Shown one piece after another: positions 51,101 to 62,770 of a stretch of 64,000 nucleotides of DNA. This DNA comes from Mobula hypostoma (lineage: Eukaryota): contig NC_086105.1 of assembly GCF_963921235.1 (NCBI RefSeq), positions 135,532,001 to 135,596,000 of the forward strand. Reading direction: 5' to 3'. Both the position numbers and the translations under genes were made by a program. The notes below the pieces were generated by a model, which was not told the DNA's origin, ran no database searches, and worked only from the letters and a program-made list of their open reading frames with translations. Each line of letters starts with the position of its first letter. Within the stretch, counting starts at the first letter, position 1.

Positions 51101-52392
51101 GCATTCTGGATTCTAAGTCAGAGTTTTTAAAGGTCAAAAAGTCAAGTTTCTTCTTCATTACCTTAATTGTTTCTTCGATTTTCTCCATCTTCAGTTCATT
51201 TTGTTGCGTGGATTTTTGAAGGTCAGATATAACCGACTGATGTTCCGTAATAGATGTTTGAATCTTATCGATTGAATGGGCAATTTTCTGGAAATTAATT
51301 GAAATTTCCGCACGAATCAGCTCCGTAATAGAGGTTGAAATTTCCCTTTGAATTAGATCCAATATAGCTTTCAAAGTCACCAGTGGTTCGGTCGGAGGAA
51401 GATCGGTACCTTTCGGTCTAACCGGAGGTTTGCCGTCCTTCCTGTTTTTTCCATTCTTAGACATAGCAGACCTTAAAAGCATCCGATTATCAAAGAGCCC
51501 AATTTATTTCAAAATATTGTAAAAGTCGATGCCTTAATGGTTAATTAAAATATAGCTGATCATAAGAAGAAAAACTTAGAGGTAATGGAGCGAGTCAAGA
51601 ACACGACTTCACTCCATGAGCTCTACCGATAGTCCCCGAGTTTTCAAGATTATCTCTGGTTCCCTTCCTCAATGATTGACCAAAGTAAGATACTCGCCAG
51701 TCCTCCTGTGGTTCGGGAGAACATAAGGGTATTGGTGAAAGCCCCAGCAATCTCTTCACACACCTCTCAAGAATCTAGGGTGTATCCCATCTGGCCCTGG
51801 AAACCTATTGATCTTAATGCTCTTTAAGAGACCCAATACCACCTCCTCCTTAACTTCAAAATAACCAAGCATACTAATACATTTAGCATAGATTTCCCTA
51901 TCCACCATGTCCTCCTCCTTGGTAAATATTGATGTAAAGTATTCATTAGTGACCTCACCCACATGCTCTGCCTCCAAGCAAATGTTCCCCCCTTATTCTT
52001 GAGTGGTCCCATCTTTTCCCTAGTTACCCTCTTGCTCCTGATGTATGTATGGAATATAGGCAAATTTGAGAAGGTTAACTTGAGGTAGAAGACCAGCCAC
52101 TATCACTGAATGATGGAATGTTCTCAAATAGTCAGAATGGGCCACTCCAGCTTTTTTTTTGGCTTTAGCCTGCATCCAATTGGAAGGCAGCTGGTTCACA
52201 AGACTTTCTTTCCAATGTACTTGAACGGTCTTCTAGGGCATAGGCAAACCTGACATTCGATGACCAATATTATTGAAACAAGGAACTCAGTGTTGGGAAT
52301 TTGGGCAGTTAAGGCAAGTTACTGTTCCTGGATTCCATCTGGATACTAGAGTTTGCTAACATGAAATACTATCAGATGACTGATGCCAAATC

Positions 52393-52437
<45 letters not shown>

Positions 52438-55400
52438 CTGATTGGATACAATTATTTTTGTTGAGTTTGTTTCAGAGGTTGAAAGTGAAGCTTAAAATAT
52501 AATGGTTTAAAACATTCCAAGAAAAGTAGAATGAAATGTAAAGGAGTGATAGCACTGGAACCCTTTAACTTTTCTTATAAGACTTAGCCCATTAACTTCC
52601 TTTTCTTTCAGTTGCAGTGTTTTAAAACATCCCATGTTACATTAAAGCTCTGTGGGGGTGGAAGAGAGGAGAGGGGTGGCTAGAGAGCGGTTACTTACTG
52701 TTTTTGTGATAATCCTGAACCTGATCTTAATCGATAATTTCAGTGGTTTATCTGAAATCTTGCAAACCTTTATATGATCTTTTACTTTTATTGTATGCAA
52801 ATGATAAAAGCTTGCATTCATTTATGACTGAAACATCTAGTCTAATTAATCTCTACTGCCAAGCTCTCTAAATTGCTCATTTAACTTTTGCTGATTTTGT
52901 TTTATTTTAGGTTGGAATTCTGGACATCGATCTTTGTGGTCCTAGTATCCCCCGGATGCTGAATGTTCTCAATAGTGCTGTGCACCAGTGTGACGCTGGA
53001 TGGGTTCCAGTTTACGTAGACACCAATAAAACAATGTGCTTGATGTCAATAGGCTTTCTCTTGGAGAGTCCAGATGATGCTGTGATATGGAGAGGGCCAA
53101 AGAAAACAGGTGATGTTCTATTACTTCACAGCATAATGGAACAGTCTACTCTATGGTCCAATAATTAGTGATCTATCTATCTATTTATTTAGATTTATAG
53201 CATAGTAACAAGCTCTTCTGGCCCATCTAAGCCTGTGCCACTCTAGAACACCCTTGTGACCAATTAACCTACTAACCCACATGACTTTGAAATGCAGGAG
53301 GAAACCAATTTAGAAGTGATTTATTATCAGTTCAAACTTTTCTTCAGCATTTTGGTGACCTTTTTGATCAGTGCACCATGCCATTCTTGATGAAAAATTG
53401 TCTTTTGGTCATGCTATGTAGTGATATTAGGAAATGACTGGAATAAAATTCAAGCAAGGGGATACTTGCTATAATAGCTTCTTTGAAGCTTGAAAGGCTT
53501 CCTTTTCAACTGACATTTCCCTTTCAGCAAAGTTGGCTGCTAAAACGAATGTTCAGCCAGTTGTACTTCAAGCGTAGCATTTGAGCATCCAGTCTGTATT
53601 AATAAATAGAGAATTCATTCATAATGTTTTAGTGCTCTGACTGAGAGCCAAAAGTTTACAAATGTGTGCCAGCCCACAAATTTTGTTGAAGAGCTCTTTG
53701 TACTTCTTGCGTTCTGTACAGACATAAATGTGTTGGCCAAATTTAAAACAGCTGCAACTTGGTAACAGCATACATTGTGAACAGCTTGTTATTATGGCCT
53801 CAGAAGTTTCTTCATCTTGTAATATGAAAAATACAGAGAAGAGCCGCTCATTGCAATGAAATTTGGCAGGTATTTTATCGATGTCATTGATATAACTTGT
53901 GTGGCACAGCGGGGCTGCAGGTGATGTGCAACTGTCTCGCAGCGCCTGTGACCTAAATTTGATTCTGACCTCTGGTGCTGACTGCATGCAATTTACATGC
54001 TTTCTCTGTGATTTCAGAGCATCTGAGGGAAATTCATGGTTAATTGTCTGTGTAAATTGATTCTAATGTATATGAATGATATTGGTTTATTATTAGTTTA
54101 CGAAGGTGCAGTGAAAATCTTGTCTTGCATTCAGTTTATTTTGATCAAATCATTGAGCTAGAATAAGGTAAAAAAAATAACAATGCAGAATAAAGTGTAA
54201 AAGCTACCAAAAAAAATGTAGTACAGGTGAACGATAAAGTGCAGGATCATTACAAGGTAGACTGTACCCTAAGAAGTCTGTTCAGTAGTCCGATAACAGT
54301 GGGATAGAAGCTGTCCTTAAGCCTGGTGGTACATGCTTTCAAGCTTATGTGTTTTCTTCCTGATGGTAGGAGAATTGGGAGGTGTTAATAGGCATGCGTA
54401 GAAATAGATTGCAGAGAAATAAGTGAGGAATGGGATTGATTGGATTACTGAGGCCTTGAACAAAGATTTCTCTTGCTTCCAGTAATTTCTCCTTCCTTCC
54501 ACTTCTTTCTTTTTCCATTCTCCATGTAGACTTCCCTCTTAATCCCCTTCTCACCTGCCTATCACCTCCCTCTGGTACCTGTCCTTCTTCCCTCTTTCCC
54601 ACGGTCCCTTCTTCTCTCCTGTCAGATTCCTTCTTCTTCAGCCCTTTACCTTTTCCACTTGTCACCACACAGCTTCTCACTTCATCCCACCTACCTGTTC
54701 ATTTCTCGTAGAGCCAACGGGCAAGTAGACTCCAGTGTTAGAAGAAAATGTGAAATACGAATGGAAGACCAAAAAAATGATGCAATAACCGCAAAAGCAT
54801 CCTTCATTGTTTTGCAAGAGTAAAACCCACATAAAATTTCTGGTTACGTGCTTCCATGTACTCTCTGTTAACATTGTTTATTTGCAAAATAAACTTGAGT
54901 ATAGATTTACACTTGAGTATAGATTTACAGTGGCAGCTTCCCTTATCAGTGTGGACAAAAAGTTGTAAAGCTAACAGCTTAGAAATGTAAAATAAAGGAA
55001 GTTAACTGATAAAACCTGACCGAGTTCTGTTTGTGGAATCCTGCCAAATACACACCAAAAAAACCCAACTGAATCACCAAATTTGACCCCATACTCAAGT
55101 TATTGAGAGCAATGTGACAGGCTAATTCTGGCTCCTTCAGAAGCAATATACTATTCTTGGAGAGAGATGAAGCCCCTGCCCCGTCAATTAACCTTGAGGT
55201 ATGTTTGGCCTTGAATGCCAGCATGCAGCATATACTTGAGCTAGAATTTTGTAGAATTCTACAGATGCTGGAAATCCAGAGTAACGCACACAAAATGCTG
55301 GAGGAACTCAGCAGGTCAGGCAGCATCTATGGAAAAGAATAAAGAGTTGATGTTTTGGGCTGAGACCCCTTTTCAGGACTGGGCAGGAAGGGGAAAGAAG

Positions 55401-58400
55401 CCAGAATAAGATGGTGGGGTGGGGTGGTGTACAAGCTGGCATATGATAGGTGAAACCAGATGAGGAGGAAGGTAGGTGGGTGGGGGAGAGGGAGTTTGTG
55501 TGAGAGGAGAGTGGACAGTGGGAGAAAGGGAAGGATGTGACGCACCAGAGGGAGATGGTAGGCAGGCGAGGAGAAGAGAAGAAACAAGGTAAGGGGTAAC
55601 CAGAATAGGGAATGAAAAATGGAGAGGGTAGAAATTAGCTGAAGTTAGAGAAATCGGTGTATATCCCATCAGGTTAGAGGTGCTTCTCCTCCAAATTGAC
55701 AGTGGGTTCATCATGGTGGTAGCGGATGCCACACATACACATATATTATATTGGGCATGGGGATTGGAATTATCATGGTTTATATCACCAGGAAATCCTG
55801 TGTTTTGTAGACAGAGCGAAAGTGCTCAATAAAGCAGTCCCATTTAAGGATAGATTGCAATTTAGTCCCACAAAAAGACCAGAAATTATGTTTTGTTTTT
55901 TGTAGAGCTGTATCAACAAGTTCACATGAAACTGAGATGGGCTCATTCATATGACCAGGTCTATAGACTAATGCTGAATGGAACATAAAACTCAGATTAA
56001 ACTGAAGCTTGAAGTGTTCTCCATGTTTACAAAATAAAGGTAATGTGTTTATTCCTTTTAGCTCTTATCAAGCAATTTCTCTCTGATGTGGCGTGGGGAG
56101 AGCTTGACTATCTCATTGTAGACACACCTCCAGGGACTTCTGATGAGCACATCTCAGTGGTGGAGGCCCTTCGTCAACATAAACCCGATGGAGCTCTTTT
56201 GGTTACGACGCCTCAGGTATATTTTCTAAAGAATTTAAAGGTGTTTCCCCCATTAAGCTAGGCTAATTAATGCTGATAATTAAAAATAGAGTAGAATAAT
56301 TGTTACATGCATCAGGTACTTGCATTCTTTACTCGAGAGATAGGAATATATTCTGTCTTTGTGAACTATGTATTTTGTCCCAAAGAGAGCCATTATCTAC
56401 CTAGGGTTGGGCTAGAAGATGGAAATAATCAGTCATGATCTTATTGAATGAGCCACATGACCTATTCTGTTCCTTGGATTCTTCTGAAAATGTAGAATGC
56501 ATGTTTGGATCATGTTTCTTGAGGAAAAACTTTGCAGTTAAATTCATGACGTAGATCATAATGTGATCTGTAATGGACACAGATTCTGTGGTCACTTTGT
56601 TATCAATTGTCTTATTTCTGGATATCTTGCCTTTTTGTGAATTGATAGATTATACAGCTGATATACTGGTCAGAGTAAGTTTTGGGAGCTGAGATATTTG
56701 TGTCTGCCCAAAATTGATGTTGCTCAGTATTTTACAGATACAGTGGAAAATTTGTAGTCTCTAGATCCAATTTATTTTTCCACTATTGTCAGGGGGGAAA
56801 AACATGGTAATGAAATATTTTACTAGTTTTAATGGTTTTTTTTCGTTCAGAAATATCTTTATTCCTGGGATTTTATGTTTCCTTTTCCTCTATTTCATGC
56901 AATGAAACCTGTAATGTATACGGAAGTAGAATAATGCAACTGGCATTTAATGTTTATTAGTGAATGTAATGTTAAAGAAGATAGGAATTTATTGGATATT
57001 GTTGTAAAGATTTTTTATTAGATGGGATTCACCATGGTGTTCAGTATGATCTTGGTCATAGATTTTGTTGGAACTGCCCTCTAGTGCCACTAGTGGTAAC
57101 TGCAACAGGTCCACAGGGCTGATGTTATTTCAAACTGTTAAAATAATAAGTATTAGATTAACTGCCTTTCATTTCAAAAATCAGTTTCACCCTGTCTGGT
57201 ATGCATTTATTTTCTGTTTTGCTTTTCCCTCCAGTAGCTGTAGAAAGTGAAGTTATTCCCCCTCGTACCCCATCTGTTACTCATTTTTATGCACACATTC
57301 TTTCTCTCACTCTCCTTTTTCTCCCTTTGTCCCTCTGAATATACCTCTTGCCCATCCTCTGGGTCACCCCCCCCCTTGTCTTTCTTCCCGGACCTCCTGT
57401 CCCATCATCCTCTTGTATCCCCTTTTGCCAATCACCTGTCCAGCTCTCGGCTCTATCCCTCCCCCTCCTGTCTTCTCCTATCATTTTGGATCTCCCCCTC
57501 CCCCTCCAACTTTCAAATCCCTTACTCACTCTTCCTTCAGTTAGTCCTGACGAAGGGTCTCGGCCTGAAACGTCGACTGCGCCTCTTCCTATAGATGCTG
57601 CCTGGCCTGCTGCGTTCACCAGCAACTTTGATGTGTGTTATTCTACCAAGTATTGAGAGATTCATTCCTTTCAGTTTCCCTAAAACCTGGTCTGGAGCAT
57701 ATTTAGTTACGACTGATCTCCTTCATTAAAAGTTTTTGCTCTTGACATTGAGGCTGGCCTTTCCAATTCAAATTTATTTCTATTCTTAATGTTACTGAAT
57801 TCAGAATTGGTACGGCTAAATGCTTCTGAAAAATTAATTTATATTTTTATTTGCTTTAGAACTAATGTACAAGATATTGATTGGATGAATCTTTATTTCC
57901 TATCTCTGTGTCCCTTTGTTTCCATATTTCACTAATTCCAATCTAACCAGTATTCCTCAGGAGTATCCTGTCCACTTTAAATAAGACATATTTTATTTTA
58001 TTTGGAGATGCAGTGTGGAACAGGCCCTTCCGGCCTAGTAAGCCACACCACCCAGCAACTCACCTATTTACCTCTAGCCTAATCAAGGGGCAATTTACAA
58101 TAACCAATTAACCTACTAACTAGTACGTCTTTGGAATGTGGGAGGAAACCAGAGTACCCCGAGGAAACCCACGGGGAAGACATACAAACTGCTTGCAGAC
58201 AGCATCGAAATTGAACACCGAGCTCCAATCCCAGGCTGTAATAGTCTTGTGCTAACTGATATGCTACTGTAGCGCCCTACTCTTAACTCCTACTATTAGA
58301 CTGCTCTTAGCATGTTTCATCCTAGAGTTCATGTCTTCACTGAACCTCAAAACAGTGAAACCGTCGCCTTGTCCCCTCTCATGGAAGCTGAAGACTTGAA

Positions 58401-61400
58401 GATGTAAAGATTGGTGCCAAATAATCATTACCTGCCTTTTCTTTAATTTCTAGCTCACTTAATTGGGTGAAAGAAGTCTTTTTCAATGAACAGTGACAAA
58501 TCCATATTAGCAAGTGGTTCATTCATTTATGATCATTGATAACAAATATTGATCAAAAAGGATGTTTTGCTTTATCTGAAAACAAGTACGTATTACCTAA
58601 ATACTGGGCAGAATGCTAAGTGTTCTAAGTGTTTCTTTTCAATTAATAGGCAGTATCTATAGGGGATGTAAGAAGGGAATTGACGTTCTGTAAGAAAACT
58701 GGATTACCTGTCATTGGAATAATTGAGAACATGAGTGGCTTTGTCTGCCCAAACTGTTCAGTGAGTATGACTGATTTTTTTGAACTGTGGGTTCATTAAG
58801 TCACAGTGGATGTGTTTTACGACATTGAATATTTTGCATTCAGCAGCAAGGTACAAACAAAGATGCCAACACATATTTAACACTTTCTGCATTGTGGCCT
58901 TCTCTTTGCTGACATTGGTTACTGCCAGACATTGCTTTAAAGAGATCTTTGGTACTCTGTAGCAGTATTTCCATTACGCTGGTTGAACCAATAATACTGC
59001 AGTAAGAATTCTTTCCGACAGAAAGTATTTATTTTGCAACTGTAGTATTTTAAGCATTTTACAGAGTGCAAAATAAAGCCTTGGAATATTAGGTTAAAGT
59101 GGAAGCTCATTTTTGGAAGAAAAATTACTACATTCTAATATATTCATGAAGGAATTGCAATTAACATATATCATCTGTATTAAGGGCCTGAGTTTGCGGC
59201 TTGGTAATTATGGCCAAGATCAACATTTTAAAAAGCTCATGTAACCATTTATCATAGTTTGAAGATACCTTTCATCAAGAAAAGTGGAAAATTTCCTCCA
59301 TTCAGTTGATTTCCTTCTATTGTTTTATGGAAGGAAGCAAAACAGTATATTTCTTGGAAAACTGTAAAGTCACCCTCTAGATTTTCATGTTATGAAAATA
59401 CCAAAATTGTTTGTTTACTTCACAATGCAGGGATGGCTCATGCTGATAATTTCATTCCTGTTTAATGGCTTGTTAAGGTACATTGTTTATCTGCTTCAGG
59501 TTCTTGACTTGGGTAAATTACTATTTTTCAGGAATGCACTAATGTATTTTCCAGAGGAGGTGGGGAAGCACTTGCTGAGCAGTCCGGGGTTCCATTTCTA
59601 GGTGAGATCTGGAAATAAACTATGGAGACATAAATCACCTGTCAGTTTTGGAATTTGATTAATATCAGCCAATTATCTTGATTATTGTTCAAGTATAAGC
59701 TTTTTAATAATTTTACAATTAATGAATGCTAGATTCAAGGAAACTGCTGAAGGAACTCAGCAGGTCAGGCAATATCTACGGAGAGGATTTCTTGGTCCGA
59801 AACGTCAGCTCTTTATTCCTCTCCATAGATGCTGCCTGACGTACTGAGTTCCTCCAGCATTTTGTGTATGTTACGCTGGATCTCCAGCGTCTGCAGAACC
59901 TCTTTACAGATTCCAACAGCCACAGGATTTAGAGGAGCAAATTTGTGGAGAGTTTGCAGACTGTTGCAAGAAACATAAGGTTGTGCTAGTAGGTCACTGC
60001 CTTTCCACATATTGACTGGGACTCTCGTACTGTAAAATGGCTGGATGGGATAGGACTTTATTCACTAATGAATAAGGGGAGGTTTGATAGATGTATACAA
60101 AAATATGAGGGATATAGATAAGGTAAATACAAGCAGGCTTTTTCCACTGTGGTTGGGTGAGAACTAGAACTAGAGATAATGGACTAAAGGTGGAAAGTGA
60201 AATGTTTAAGGGGAACATGATGGCGAACTTCTTCATTCAGTGTGGTGAAAGTATGCCAGCGGAAGTGGTGGATGCAGATTTGATTACAATATTTAAGAGA
60301 AATTTGGGTAGTACATGGATGGGAGGGTTAAGGCCAATTTATATTTCTGCGTCAAATCTACGCCGTAGCCTGACGTGTACCTCCCCAAAAATTTAACTGC
60401 GCGTCGTGGCGACGCAGACCATGACAACTGTGATTGGTCCGCTTGGTAGCATCGCATTTCCTCCTACGCTGCAATAGCTTCCCATTGGGTGACTGAAGGA
60501 CAGGGAAGGAACTCTGGCTGCAATGCTTTCCATAAAGCTTTACAGACCTCCGAAATTATGGAGGACCCTGTGCTTGACGCCAGTTTGTAGCTAGCTGCTA
60601 CAGCCTGTTGACTTCCACCTGAAGCTAAAACTCGAATGGTGATTGCCAGTCTCTGAGTATACTGTGCGTACACTGATGCGAAATAAATGGTCGGAGACGA
60701 TGAACCAAATCGTCAAATCTACCTGCCGACATCCGAAAATATTTGAAATACATTTCCTTGTCCATGTCTCTCTGTGGCTGGACAAGCACAGAAAATTCAC
60801 CCTCCTGCAGTTTCAGTCGCCATTGTTTGAAGTTTGAGTTTCTTCATGTTGAGTTTCAACACGAAGAAACTCAACACAGTGGCATAGAAACCCCACCACC
60901 AACTAGTGTTTTGGCGGTGAATTGTAGAGCGACGCAAACACACCAACGCACAGGTATAACTGTTCATAACGGCGTAGGCCTCTTGCGTAGGCTACAGCAA
61001 AGGCTACTACGCAGAAGTATAAATCAGCCTTTATGGTCTGGGCACAGGTCAATGGGATAGAGCGGATCAATATTTTGGCATGGACTAGATGGGCCAAATG
61101 GCCTGTTTCTGTGCAGTAGTGCTGTATGATTGCAACTTAGTGAGATTGAATGTGCGGCTTTGAGAATAAGTTTTGGAATTGAATACTTTTCCTCTTGGCT
61201 AAATAAGTCTTATTTGGCTGTCAAAGGAAACCAGCCATTCTGACTTCACCTGCTTATTCCCCTATAACCTGTTCTCTCGTATTTGGCCAGCAATTGAATC
61301 CCTGCTGCCCAAACATCGGGCAGGAGAGTGTAGATGCTGCACTGTCAAAACCCCGGTCAGGATCTAACCAGGGTTGCCAGAGCTCTGCATCTTGTGAGCA

Positions 61401-62770
61401 TGTCATACCCTTTGAATAGTCTAAACTCTTAACCATACTTTTTTGTGAGGTGTGTCCCTGGGTTCACAGCTTGCTTTTGTAGCGAATGTCAGTGGATCCA
61501 AGTAAAATCAAGGCTAAAAATTTTTCCATATTTTTGAAGGTACATGTAATGCCCTGGGGAGGTTTCAGTATATTATTAATATGCATTCTAATTGTTGATT
61601 GCCTTTTGATGTGCCAGATTTTGTAATATTGATTTTAAAAATATTAAGGGCATAGAACATGAGAGTAGGAGGTTATGGTACAAAACTACCTAAAACATTC
61701 CTGCCCAGTGAAGTGAAATGAAAAGCTGGGTAATGCCCCATTTTATATTTATGTGAACTAATATTTTTTAATGTACTGTACTATCCTTACAATATCCTGT
61801 ATAAAAATATTTGGATATGTTGTCCCAAGGAAGCACCATCCGGCCCTATTCTCATTACTACCACCAGGCAGATGGTACAGATGCCTTAGGTCCCACACCA
61901 CTAGATTTGGTAACAATTATTACCCTACAGCCATCAGGCTCCTGAGCTGGTGTGGATAACTTCAGCACTAATCCAACTCTAATGTGAACTGATTATACGA
62001 CCCATAGACTCACTTCCAGGGACTCTTTACAACTCATGTTCTCAATATTATTTTAATTTGCGGTTTGTCGTCTTTTGCACATTGATTGTTTGTCAGTGTT
62101 TATGTATAGTTTTTTGTAAGATTCTATTGAATTCTTTTTCCTGTGAATCCCTGCAAGAAAAAAAGAGTCTCAAGGTAGTATATGATAACCTATATGTACT
62201 TTGATAAAAGATTTACTTTGAACTTGTATCAAGATTGGCAGCATTTTGTATGGAAAGGGGGAAATTCAGACAAGCACAAGTTCAAATCCACTAATTGTAA
62301 GATACACAAGACTGCAGATGCTGGAATCTGGAGCCACAAACAATTTGCTGGAGGAACTCAGTGGATTAATACGGAAAATAATCCCCCTCTCACAACAAAT
62401 CCTGCTCAATCTGTTGAGTTCCTCCAGCAGATTATTTTTGAGTTTAATTTTGAACCTAAGGGGTTTTTGTCTTCTCTTATTTACAGCAGCAATGTTCGTG
62501 GACATTATAAATATCTGTTAAGATTACTTTAGTTAAAACTCTGTTGAGGGATAGAATATGTAAGTTTTACATTTTCGCTTTTGAAATATCATTGCATATA
62601 TTTTCTTCTACTCAGGATGTGTTCCTCTAGATCCTCAACTGGCACATAGTCTGGAAGAAGGTAGAGATTTCATCCAAGCCTTTCCAAAGAGTGCAACCTT
62701 CGATGCCATTAATAAAATAGTGGAGAAGATTTTAAGCAATGATAATGAATTCTCTGGACATGATACATGA
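42087..62770 (+). CDS. NUBP2: NUBP2 (Cfd1), cytosolic Fe-S cluster assembly factor (7 exons, 272 aa)
   Basis: Exons 42087-42102, 45814-45926, 52911-53109, 56062-56216, 58650-58760, 59532-59601, 62616-62770 total 819 nt. Deviant Walker [58 protein letters not shown] (CPxC), VPLDP; lacks the N-terminal Fe-S extension of NUBP1. Confidence 0.97.
42479..42757. mobile_element. Palindromic Penelope pLTR-only mini-element
   Basis: About 90-bp inverted arms; 13-bp TSD aataccacttcca (42466-42478, 42758-42770); intact hammerhead on minus strand 42576-42611. Confidence 0.85.
42787..43760 (+). mobile_element. Penelope-like element 3' part (older subfamily)
   Basis: [11 protein letters not shown]...IQGPKHSFQ and degenerate GIY-YIG; 12-bp TSD tttgtataaagt (42775-42786, 43761-43772). 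Confidence 0.8.
44575..44770 (+). mobile_element. RTE-related SINE fragment (family of 415-779)
   Basis: gataatggctggggtcacc...ggcaatggcaaaccacttctgta shared with 415-779. Confidence 0.6.
44930..45170 (+). mobile_element. V-SINE/HE1-like SINE
   Basis: gagttcaattcc; gggtttcctctgggtgctccagtttcctcccaca. Confidence 0.7.
45231..45420. mobile_element. Possible short solo LTR
   Basis: TGTAGG...CCTACA terminal inverted hexamers; flanks gtat/atat. Confidence 0.35.
45814..45926 (+). CDS. NUBP2: NUBP2 exon 2
   Basis: [37 protein letters not shown]|gtaagg. Confidence 0.95.
46475..47636 (-). mobile_element. CR1 LINE 3' portion (host of the L1)
   Basis: [34 protein letters not shown]; catagaacagtacagcacagg tail. 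Confidence 0.85.
47634..51637 (-). mobile_element. L1-clade LINE, 5' intact and 3' deleted, frameshifted ORF1 (51464-50624) and ORF2 (from 49989)
   Basis: ORF1 coiled coil plus [14 protein letters not shown]...DRVHRV; ORF2 [27 protein letters not shown] and [44 protein letters not shown]. Confidence 0.93.
51638..52060 (-). mobile_element. CR1 LINE upstream ORF2 portion
   Basis: [16 protein letters not shown]; [10 protein letters not shown]...[11 protein letters not shown]. Confidence 0.8.
52398..52433. repeat. (TA)n microsatellite
   Basis: About 18 TA units. Confidence 0.95.
52911..53109 (+). CDS. NUBP2: NUBP2 exon 3
   Basis: [17 protein letters not shown]...[10 protein letters not shown]. 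Confidence 0.96.
55257..55840 (-). mobile_element. Penelope-like element 3' end (older subfamily)
   Basis: pLTR gatgctggaaatccagag...gcagcatctatgg, purine tract and GIY-YIG tail remnants. Confidence 0.65.
56062..56216 (+). CDS. NUBP2: NUBP2 exon 4
   Basis: [29 protein letters not shown]...VTTPQ. Confidence 0.96.
57259..57636 (+). mobile_element. Young Penelope 3' pLTR with intact hammerhead (57543-57578)
   Basis: Highly similar to 7415-7800; 7-bp TSD gttattc (57252-57258, 57637-57643). Confidence 0.82.
57990..58278 (-). mobile_element. V-SINE/HE1-like SINE
   Basis: gtgggaggaaaccagagtacc V-domain reversed. Confidence 0.65.
58650..58760 (+). CDS. NUBP2: NUBP2 exon 5
   Basis: [37 protein letters not shown]|gtgagt. 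Confidence 0.96.
59532..59601 (+). CDS. NUBP2: NUBP2 exon 6
   Basis: [23 protein letters not shown]. Confidence 0.96.
60331..61030 (-). mobile_element. PIF/Harbinger non-autonomous element inserted in a CR1 3' end (about 60040-61135)
   Basis: TTA TSD (60328-60330, 61031-61033); TIR aggccaatttatatttctgcgt / acgcagaagtataaatcagcct; transposase remnant [16 protein letters not shown]...[25 protein letters not shown]...EVCKALW. Confidence 0.88.
62616..62770 (+). CDS. NUBP2: NUBP2 last coding exon
   Basis: [39 protein letters not shown]...GHDT*. Confidence 0.95.
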
